A stretch of 45,117 nt of DNA, taken from assembly GCA_041563955.1 (NCBI GenBank), contig JBFGQV010000004.1, positions 1 through 45,117 on the forward strand. Direction: 5' to 3'. This document shows positions 37,204 through 45,117 of the stretch, one piece after another. The DNA comes from Alphaproteobacteria bacterium. GTDB taxonomy: Bacteria; Pseudomonadota; Alphaproteobacteria; UBA8366; JADFVY01. The first letter of the stretch is position 1; each line of letters opens with the position of its first letter. The position numbers and the translations under genes are program-made. The notes under the pieces are model-generated. The model saw only the letters and a list, made by a program, of their open reading frames with translations. It ran no database searches and was not told where the DNA came from.

Positions 37204-38028
37204 TTACTTCCGTCGGCGGCTCAGAAAGAAGAACAAAGTGACGAGCAGCGCGGAAACCAGAAGGAACAGCGAGGACACCGCGTTCATCTCGGGCGTCACG
37301 ATACGGCGCAGCTGGCCGATGACGTAGAGCGGCAGCGTGTCCTGCCCCGGCCCGGCGACGAACAGGGTGATCACCACGTCGTCCAGCGAAATCACGAAGG
37401 CCAGCATGGCGCCGGCGAGGATGCCGGGCAGCAGCAGCGGCAGGGTGACATGCCGGAAGGTCTGCCACGGCGTCGCATAGAGGTCGGCGGCGGCCTGTTC
37501 CAGCGTCAGGCTCATATCCTCGAGCCGGGCCCGGATCGGCATGTAGGCGAACGGGATGCAGAACGCGGTGTGCGCCGCCAGCAGGTAGCCCATGCCGGTA
37601 TAGCCGGTAAACCCCTTGATGATGGCGAAGAACACGAGAAGGGCGACGGCGGTCACGATCTCCGGGACCATCAGCGGCTGGTTGATCAGCCCGTAGATGA
37701 ACGTCAGCCCGCGATAGCTCGGAGTCCGCGTCGTCGCCAGCGCCGCCATCGTCGCGGCAATCGTCGAGACCACGGTGGCGAAGGACGCAACCTGCAGCGA
37801 TCGGACCGTCGCCTGGCGGATCTCGCGGTTGTTGAAGGCGCTTTCGTACCAGCGCCACGAAAATCCTTCCCAGACGGCGATCGAATCGCCGTCGTTGAAG
37901 GAATAGATCACCAGCGTCACCATCGGCGCGTAGAGCATCACGAAACACAGGATGGCAACGGTGGTGAAGCCGCGTTGCTCACGGACCGAGAAGCGGGCGC
38001 GGGGCGCGGCGGCGGCGCGGTCAGCCAT
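37204..38028 (-). CDS. Polyamine-type ABC permease (PotC-like)
   Basis: YSFN, PLMVPEIV, EQAAADL EAA loop, SLDD, TLPL. Confidence 0.92.
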   Translation of the reverse strand: MADRAAAAPRARFSVREQRGFTTVAILCFVMLYAPMVTLVIYSFNDGDSIAVWEGFSWRWYESAFNNREIRQATVRSLQVASFATVVSTIAATMAALATTRTPSYRGLTFIYGLINQPLMVPEIVTAVALLVFFAIIKGFTGYTGMGYLLAAHTAFCIPFAYMPIRARLEDMSLTLEQAAADLYATPWQTFRHVTLPLLLPGILAGAMLAFVISLDDVVITLFVAGPGQDTLPLYVIGQLRRIVTPEMNAVSSLFLLVSALLVTLFFFLSRRRK

Positions 38029-38971
38029 ACTCGCCCCCCTTCCGGGTGGTGCTGCGCACATAGACGATCAGCGCCACCATGACCAGCGCCATCAGGGTCA
38101 GCGACAGGGCCGAGCCCAACGGCCAATTGCGGCCCTGGCCGAACTGGAACTCGATCAAATTGCCGAGCATCATGTTCTTGCCGCCGCCGAGGACCCGGGG
38201 GGTGACATAGGCGCCGAGCGCCGGGATGAATACCAGGATCGACCCGGCCACGACGCCCGGCCTGACGAGCGGGAAGATCACGTGCCGTAGCACCTGCCAG
38301 CGGGTGGCGTAGAGATCGTACCCGGCTTCGACGAGTCGGAAATCGAGCTTCTCGATGCTGGCGTAGAGCGGCAGCACCATCAGCGGCAGGTAGACGTAGA
38401 GCAGCCCGACGGCGATCGCGAAATCGGTGTACAGCATCTGAATCGGCTCCTGGCGGAGGCCGACCGAGAGCAGCGCCACGTTGATCACGCCCTCGTTGCG
38501 CAGGATCTCCATGATCGCGAAGGTCCGGATCAGAAGGTTGGTCCAGAACGGGATGGTGATCAGGAACAGCCAGATGTTGCGGCTCCGGGGCGGCCGGGTG
38601 GCGATGAAATAAGCCGTCGGGAAGCCGACGAGAAAGGCGAGAACGGTGGCGAGGAAGGCGAGCCGTAACGACCGCAGGAAGATCGACAGATGGGCATCGG
38701 CGAATGAGACCGTGTCGTCGAAGATGTCCCGCTCGAGGAACACGTTGAACCAGGCCTCGGGCGAGAGCTCCCAGATGACGCCGGCATAGTTGCCTTTCTG
38801 CAGGAAGGAATAGACCAGCACGATGAGCAGCGGGCCGGCCGCCGCCAGGCCGATGATGCCGAGGGCGGGCAACAACAGGAACCAGCGGTTTCGCGCCGCC
38901 TGGCGGGCCGCGGCATGGCCAGCCAGCTCGCCGCTGGTCCGGCCCTGCAGCAGACCCGCCTGATCGGTCAT
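38021..38971 (-). CDS. Polyamine-type ABC permease (PotB-like)
   Basis: PFWTNLLIRT, YLPLMVLPLY, EAGYDL, NWPLGSA. Confidence 0.92.
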   Translation of the reverse strand: MTDQAGLLQGRTSGELAGHAAARQAARNRWFLLLPALGIIGLAAAGPLLIVLVYSFLQKGNYAGVIWELSPEAWFNVFLERDIFDDTVSFADAHLSIFLRSLRLAFLATVLAFLVGFPTAYFIATRPPRSRNIWLFLITIPFWTNLLIRTFAIMEILRNEGVINVALLSVGLRQEPIQMLYTDFAIAVGLLYVYLPLMVLPLYASIEKLDFRLVEAGYDLYATRWQVLRHVIFPLVRPGVVAGSILVFIPALGAYVTPRVLGGGKNMMLGNLIEFQFGQGRNWPLGSALSLTLMALVMVALIVYVRSTTRKGGEYG

Positions 38972-38975
38972 CGGC

Positions 38976-40115
<1,140 letters not shown>

Positions 40116-40145
40116 GCGCTCCCTGCCTCAGGCTGATTGCCCTGC

Positions 40146-40174
40146 AGGATAGGCACGCGGGCCGCCGTTGCCAA
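40146..40174 (-). promoter_or_regulatory. Putative sigma70 promoter of the ABC/hydrolase operon
   Basis: Minus strand reads TTGGCA-17 bp-TATCCT, 30 bp before the ATPase ATG. Confidence 0.45.
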
Positions 40175-40231
40175 CCGGTTTGGCGGCCCACATGGGGCGA
40201 CAGACGCCCGAAGTCGCGCGGTCGAACCGCC

Positions 40232-40756
40232 CTAGTCGCAGCAGCGTTCCTGCAGGTTGCTGCCGAGGCTCAACAGGAACATCAGGCTCTTCTGCGAATC
40301 CGGCTTCGACAGCAGCGAGAGGGTCGACCACACGCCGCCGGACGGCTGGGCCTCCGCGGTCTGCCGGACGGCGTCCTCCATCGCCCTGGTGGCGCCCTCG
40401 GCGAAGCGGGACAGATTATCGCTGCCCAGCGTGTTGACCATCTGCTCGAAGAACGCGAACAGCCGGTCGACAATGTTGTCGGTCGAGGCCGACCTCGCCG
40501 TATGGAGGAGCGCCACGAGATCGAACAGGGTGTTCAGCGCGCCGATCCGGTGCAGTTCCGTCAGCCGGTCGAGCGCCGTATGAATGGCGTCCTTGGTGGT
40601 CTCGTCATTGATGCGGTCGAGGACCTCCAGCGCATTCGAGCCGGTGAGGGCGATCCGCTCGACCATGGCGTCGGTCAACGCGTCGCGGGCCGCCTGGATG
40701 AGTCGTGCGGTCTCGTCCTCGGGCAGGTTCGAGAGCACTTGTGCGTGTTCTGTCAT
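40232..40756 (-). CDS. DUF1641-like helical protein
   Basis: Helical; C-terminal GGVWSTLSLLSKPDSQKSLMFL resembles DUF1641; directly after the SQR gene; RBS GAGGAGG. Confidence 0.7.
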   Translation of the reverse strand: MTEHAQVLSNLPEDETARLIQAARDALTDAMVERIALTGSNALEVLDRINDETTKDAIHTALDRLTELHRIGALNTLFDLVALLHTARSASTDNIVDRLFAFFEQMVNTLGSDNLSRFAEGATRAMEDAVRQTAEAQPSGGVWSTLSLLSKPDSQKSLMFLLSLGSNLQERCCD

Positions 40757-40766
40757 CGCTACCTCC

Positions 40767-41906
40767 TCACAGAAGGCCGCGGGCCGACAGCCAGTACAGG
40801 CGGTTGTAGGCCAACTTGAACCAGTGAAGCATCTGCGACGGCGGCCCCGGGTTCGGCGGCGTGGTGTAGTTGAACCACACATAGGTGCCGCTGTTCATGC
40901 CGGTCTCGACGAAGCAGAACACCTTGCCGTCGTAATTGCGCGCCCACTGCCCCTCGCTGACCAGCGAGGAGATGTTGTCGATGATCGTATCGGCTTCGAA
41001 ATGGGCCGTCGAGCCGGCCTTCGAGATCGGGATGTTGGTGGTATCGCCGACCACGAAGACATTGGTCGATCCCTCGCGCAGCAATGTCTCCCGTTCCGTC
41101 GGCACCCAGCCCCCGGCGCCGAGATCGGAGTCCGTGATGACCTGGGCCCCGGTATGCGGCGGGATGACCACCAGCATGTCGTAGTCCAGGGTCGTGCCTT
41201 CCTCGGAGGTGACGGTCTTCTTCTTCGGGTCGACCTCCTTGGTGTTGAAGAACGTCTCCGACTTGATGCCGAACTTGTCGAATTCGGGCGCCGCCCAGTT
41301 GGCGACGGGTTCCAGCGTGTGCAGGCGGCCGACCGGATAGGTGTAGGTGATCTCGGTCTTGTCCATCAGGCCCCGTTCCTTCAGGTAGTCGTATAGCATG
41401 AAGGTGATCTCGAGCGGAGCCACGGGGCATTTGTGCGGCACGTTGACGTTGACCACGATCTTGCCGCCTTCGAATTCGCGCAGCGCGTCGCGCATCTTGC
41501 GCGCGCCTTCGAGATCGTAGAACCAGTGCGCGCCCTCTTCCATGCCGGGAATCTGGTCGGGCCGGATGCGCGAGCCGGTGGCGATCACGACGTAGTCGTA
41601 ATCGAGGGTCATTCCGGATTCGCAGGTTACGCGGTTGTTGTCGACATCGATATTGGTCACCGGGTCGATATGAAAGGTCACCCGGCGGTCCAGGACCTTG
41701 CGCTGGTCCCGGAACAGTTCGGATTCGCGGAATTTGCCGAACGGCAGATACAGCAGGCCCGGCTGATACATGTGCCTGTCGGTATTGCCGAGCATGGTGA
41801 TACGGACCTCGCCTGACCGCAGCTCGTCACCGAGCTGGCGGCACAGGCCGTTTCCGACAATGGTGCCGGCGAGTCCTCCGCCGACGATGACGATGTGTTT
41901 TGCCAT
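40767..41906 (-). CDS. sqr: Sulfide:quinone oxidoreductase-like flavoprotein (short, type III-like)
   Basis: GGGLAG, HMYQPG, KCPVAPLE, VGD, SKAG, YDGKVFCF; no export signal; RBS GGAGG. Confidence 0.8.
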   Translation of the reverse strand: MAKHIVIVGGGLAGTIVGNGLCRQLGDELRSGEVRITMLGNTDRHMYQPGLLYLPFGKFRESELFRDQRKVLDRRVTFHIDPVTNIDVDNNRVTCESGMTLDYDYVVIATGSRIRPDQIPGMEEGAHWFYDLEGARKMRDALREFEGGKIVVNVNVPHKCPVAPLEITFMLYDYLKERGLMDKTEITYTYPVGRLHTLEPVANWAAPEFDKFGIKSETFFNTKEVDPKKKTVTSEEGTTLDYDMLVVIPPHTGAQVITDSDLGAGGWVPTERETLLREGSTNVFVVGDTTNIPISKAGSTAHFEADTIIDNISSLVSEGQWARNYDGKVFCFVETGMNSGTYVWFNYTTPPNPGPPSQMLHWFKLAYNRLYWLSARGLL

Positions 41907-41978
41907 TGCATTTGCCTCCCTTGTTAATGCCGGCGTTCGTCTCCCATTGCCTCTCTTTCGCGCCATTCCTCCTCGGCG

Positions 41979-42209
41979 TTATTTCGCCTTGCGGACGACG
42001 ATGCTGTCGTAGCCCTCGCAGTGCTCCACGCCGACCATCTCGTGGCCGACCTTGGCAACCCACTCCGGGATGTCCTTGGCGGAGCCCTTGTCCGACGACC
42101 AGACCTCGATTTCGTCGCCCACCTCGATCAGCTTGAGCCCGGCGATCAGCTCCATCAGCGGACCCGGGCAGAATGCGCCGCGCGCATCGATCTTGGTGCG
42201 TTGGGACAT
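41979..42209 (-). CDS. tusA: TusA/SirA-family sulfur carrier
   Basis: 76 aa; IDARGAFCPGP, SSDKGSAKDIPEW; RBS GGAGAGG. Confidence 0.9.
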   Translation of the reverse strand: MSQRTKIDARGAFCPGPLMELIAGLKLIEVGDEIEVWSSDKGSAKDIPEWVAKVGHEMVGVEHCEGYDSIVVRKAK

Positions 42210-42235
42210 TGTTCGATCCTCTCCTGTTGCGGCGT

Positions 42236-42634
42236 CTACAGCGTGACGAACTGTCCGCCCTCGGCCTCGGACAGGAACTTGGTCAATCCGAGGGCCTCGT
42301 CGAACAGGCCGTCCACCAGCCTGTCCTCGCTCCAGCCGGTGATATCGAGCGCCATCGAGCAGACATACATCTTCAGATCGCCGAGCATCTTGCCCTGCTC
42401 GAACAGCTGCATCGCGTCGGGCGCGCCCTTGTCGACCAGCAGACCGGAGAACGCGCCGCCGCGGTAACGCTCGTCGGACAAGGCGTTCTTGTCGAACGCG
42501 AACAGCGCGTTCATGCTGACGAAGACATGCACGGTCCGGTCCGAGACCGCGCCGACCGAAGCCATCATGGCGGCCATCTGGATCTTTTCGTGCTCGCCGG
42601 AGCACAACAGGATGAACAGGGGTTGCGCTGTCAT
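42236..42634 (-). CDS. DsrE/DsrF-like sulfur-transfer protein
   Basis: Small alpha/beta protein; VHVFVSMNAL, KMYVCSMALD, GLTKFL. Confidence 0.75.
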   Translation of the reverse strand: MTAQPLFILLCSGEHEKIQMAAMMASVGAVSDRTVHVFVSMNALFAFDKNALSDERYRGGAFSGLLVDKGAPDAMQLFEQGKMLGDLKMYVCSMALDITGWSEDRLVDGLFDEALGLTKFLSEAEGGQFVTL

Positions 42635-42673
42635 CGATTAACCCGTTCGTTTGCGTGCGCTCAATACGAAGCG

Positions 42674-42705
42674 TCCATTCTACGCATTAATTTGCGTAGA
42701 ATGGA
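42674..42705. promoter_or_regulatory. Perfect 13-bp inverted repeat, operator-like, upstream of dsrE-tusA-sqr
   Basis: TCCATTCTACGCA-TTAATT-TGCGTAGAATGGA; contains a -10-like TAGAAT; no U-tract in the direction of transcription. Confidence 0.6.
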
Positions 42706-42745
42706 ACCGAAAAAACACCACTGAGTGTCAGGACATTCGGCGCAG

Positions 42746-43639
42746 CTATCTTTTGGGGTTGCCTTTGGCCTTCTTTTTCGGCGTACCTGTCGCCCGGTTG
42801 GCGATGTCCGCAAAGCCGTCCCCCAGAGTCGGACGTTCCTCTCGGTAGAACAGGCCGAGCGCCGGTGTGGCGGTGCGGGCGGCCTGCGCCATGGCCGCCA
42901 GGCGATCCGCCGGATCGTGGTCCGCCGGCAGGTCACGCACCCTGATGTCGAGATTCGAATAGGTCATCTCGGTCTTGTCGAAGGTCACGCACGGTGAGAG
43001 GATGTGCAGATAGGAAAACCCCCTGTGGGCAATCGCCTCCGCGATCATGTCGGACAGGTGGTGCGGCCGGCCCGCATAGGCCTGTCCCACCCAGCTGCTC
43101 CCGTAGGACAACAGCATCATCAGCGGGTTGAGCGGCTCGTCATGGCTCTCATAGGGCGTCGACGGCGTCACAAACCCGTAAACCGAGGTCGGGGAAGTCT
43201 GGCCCTTGGTCAGCCCGTAGACACCGTTGTCGAACACCATGTAGGTGATATCGACGTTGCGCCGCGCCGCGTGGGGAATGTGGCCGCCGCCGATCGCGAA
43301 GGCATCGCCGTCGCCGCCCACCGCGATCACCGTCAGCCTGTCGTTGGCCACCTTGACTCCGGTGGCGACCGGCAGGGTGCGGCCGTGCAGGGTGTGCAGG
43401 CCATAGGTGTCCATGAAGAACGGGAAGCGCGAGGCGCAGCCGATCCCCGAGACAACGACGGCATCTTTCAGCGGCACGCCGAGGCGGTTCAGCGCCACCG
43501 CCACCCCCTCGGCCACGCTGAAATAGCCGCATCCCGGGCACCAGGTCGGCAACGAGCGCGACCGATAGCGCAGATGTCCGTCGCCACGGACCTGCTGCAG
43601 CTTGTCTTCCAGATAGACGGGCTTGAGCGGTTCGGTCAT
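42746..43639 (-). CDS. 2-oxoacid:ferredoxin oxidoreductase beta subunit (KorB/PorB family)
   Basis: WCPGCG, SGIGC, HGR, GGDGD, DNGVYGLTKGQ, SPCVTF. Confidence 0.95.
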   Translation of the reverse strand: MTEPLKPVYLEDKLQQVRGDGHLRYRSRSLPTWCPGCGYFSVAEGVAVALNRLGVPLKDAVVVSGIGCASRFPFFMDTYGLHTLHGRTLPVATGVKVANDRLTVIAVGGDGDAFAIGGGHIPHAARRNVDITYMVFDNGVYGLTKGQTSPTSVYGFVTPSTPYESHDEPLNPLMMLLSYGSSWVGQAYAGRPHHLSDMIAEAIAHRGFSYLHILSPCVTFDKTEMTYSNLDIRVRDLPADHDPADRLAAMAQAARTATPALGLFYREERPTLGDGFADIANRATGTPKKKAKGNPKR

Positions 43640-43656
43640 GGTCTCTCTCCCACGCG

Positions 43657-45117
43657 TCAGGCGGCCTTCGCCTGGGCCAGCCGGCGGACTTCCGCCAGAA
43701 TCTCTTCAACCTGCATCGGCGCCCCCGTGGCCCGGGTCAGCTTCGTGACCGGGCGACCGAGGGCGCCGGAGATCAGATTCGCGAGCTGTCCCTCGTAGTT
43801 GAGCTCGGGCAGCAGCACCGCGTTGCAGTCGTCCATGAACGCCGCGATGTGCTGCTCGGGGAGCGGCGACAGCATCACCACCTTCATCGCCGAACAGCGG
43901 ATGCCTTCCGCCTGGGCGGCGAACATCGCCTCGAGGATTTCGCCGAAGGTCGACCCCCATCCGAGGATGCCGACATCGACCGGCCCTTCGTCGCCGAACC
44001 GCTTGCAGATCGTGAAATCCGGATGTTTCAGCGCGGCCTTCAGCTTCTCGTGGCGCTTGGCGCTCATCGCCATGTGGTTCTCCGGCAGGTCGCTGGGCTT
44101 GCCGAATTCGCTGTGTTCCAGCCCCGTGACCGTATGCATGCCCCCCTCCTCGCCGGGCAAGGCGCGCGGACTGACGTGGTCTTTGGTCCGCTGGTAGCGC
44201 TGGTATTCACCCTTGCCGGTCCATGCCGCCAGCCCCTTGTTCAGATCGGGCGCGAAAGGATTCTTGGCCGGCGGCACGACGGTCTCGTAGCGATTGGACA
44301 GATACAGGTCGAGCAGCACGATGACCGGCGTCTGATACTTCTCCGCCATCTCGAAGGCCTTGCCGGCGGTCCGGTAGCAGCCGTCCACGTTGGTCGGCGC
44401 GAGGACGATCCGCTGCGCGTCGCCGGCACCGCCGAACACCGCCAAGTTGAGATCGGACTGTTCGGTCTTGGTCGGCATGCCGGTCGACGGGCCGCCGCGC
44501 TGGCTGACGAACACCACCGAGGGGATCTCGCCCATGACGCCGAGCCCCAGCATCTCCGCCATGAGCGCAAGACCGGGCCCGGACGTTGCCGTCGCCGCGC
44601 GCGCGCCGGTATAGCCGGCGCCGATCGTCGCCGAGATCGCGGAGATCTCGTCCTCGGTCTGCAGGACGCGGCCGCCATGCCTGGGAAGTTCGGCCGCGAG
44701 CCGCTCCAGGATCGTGGTGGCCGGTGTGATCGGATAGCCGAAGAACGTTTCGAGCCCGGCGTCGATGCAGCCGCGGACGATGGCGCCGTTGCCGGTCATC
44801 ATGGTCGCCGTCTCACCCTTGTCCGCATGGACCGGCTCGCCCAGGCGGCCCTGGTCCAGCTTGAAGACCCTCTGGCCGACCTCGTAGGCGGCATCGAATG
44901 CGGCAGTGTTGCTGGTCGTGACGATCGGCGCCTTGCTCTGGAACTTGGCCGCGATGACCTTGCGGAAGGCCTGAGGCTCGATGCCATAGAGCGCGGCGAG
45001 AAAGCCCAGGATCACGATGTTGCGCGAGCGGGCCGAGCTCGTCGCACGCTCCGATATCTCACGCTGGTTCAGGCCGTAGGGAAGCTGCGTCGGGCGGATA
45101 TGCGCGGTGATATGGGC
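43657..45117 (-). CDS. 2-oxoacid:ferredoxin oxidoreductase alpha subunit (5'-truncated by window edge)
   Basis: GYPITP, QTEDE, ATSGPG, QRGGPSTGMPT, GWGST. The frame stays open to 45117. Confidence 0.95.
   Translation of the reverse strand, partial: AHITAHIRPTQLPYGLNQREISERATSSARSRNIVILGFLAALYGIEPQAFRKVIAAKFQSKAPIVTTSNTAAFDAAYEVGQRVFKLDQGRLGEPVHADKGETATMMTGNGAIVRGCIDAGLETFFGYPITPATTILERLAAELPRHGGRVLQTEDEISAISATIGAGYTGARAATATSGPGLALMAEMLGLGVMGEIPSVVFVSQRGGPSTGMPTKTEQSDLNLAVFGGAGDAQRIVLAPTNVDGCYRTAGKAFEMAEKYQTPVIVLLDLYLSNRYETVVPPAKNPFAPDLNKGLAAWTGKGEYQRYQRTKDHVSPRALPGEEGGMHTVTGLEHSEFGKPSDLPENHMAMSAKRHEKLKAALKHPDFTICKRFGDEGPVDVGILGWGSTFGEILEAMFAAQAEGIRCSAMKVVMLSPLPEQHIAAFMDDCNAVLLPELNYEGQLANLISGALGRPVTKLTRATGAPMQVEEILAEVRRLAQAKAA

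Noticed and set aside
34868-37948. Apparent 1026-aa fusion ending in a serine hydrolase
   Set aside because: The N-terminal part overlaps the permease and binding-protein genes in another frame; the real gene starts at 36067.

Overview
High-GC bacterial chromosomal window; gene content and motifs point to an alphaproteobacterium (inference). No rRNA, tRNA, CRISPR array, transposase or integrase was recognised. About 41 real CDS. Left to right: a secreted choice-of-anchor-I beta-propeller; an MCP with a stand-alone Cache/PDC-like periplasmic partner; a Tat-exported FccB/SoxF flavoprotein with no cytochrome partner beside it; two tandem CDP-alcohol phosphatidyltransferases plus a HAD phosphatase; a 19-repeat Sel1 protein; a GNAT-C39 peptidase fusion with a RimK-type ATP-grasp ligase and a TraB/GumN protein; an HD protein and class II aldolase; hppD; a minimal merR/merF-merA cluster with a textbook 19-bp-spacer promoter and an extra CxxC membrane protein; a sigma54-driven operon (receiver-only protein, membrane-anchored receiver, 13-heme cytochrome c, cytochrome b) facing a kinase with heme-c motifs and an NtrC-type activator; a non-pyrrolysine MttB with a corrinoid protein; a polyamine-type ABC importer with three amide hydrolases and a histamine/TMA-dehydrogenase-family enzyme; and 2-oxoacid:ferredoxin oxidoreductase followed by DsrE, TusA, SQR and DUF1641. 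The best candidate for an uncharacterised system is the heme-sensing multiheme/cytochrome b module (20.3-27.7 kb). It may share a regulon with the OFOR-DsrE-TusA-SQR cassette, since both carry an upstream CGCA-N6-TGCG palindrome. All family assignments are by motif recognition; no database search was run.
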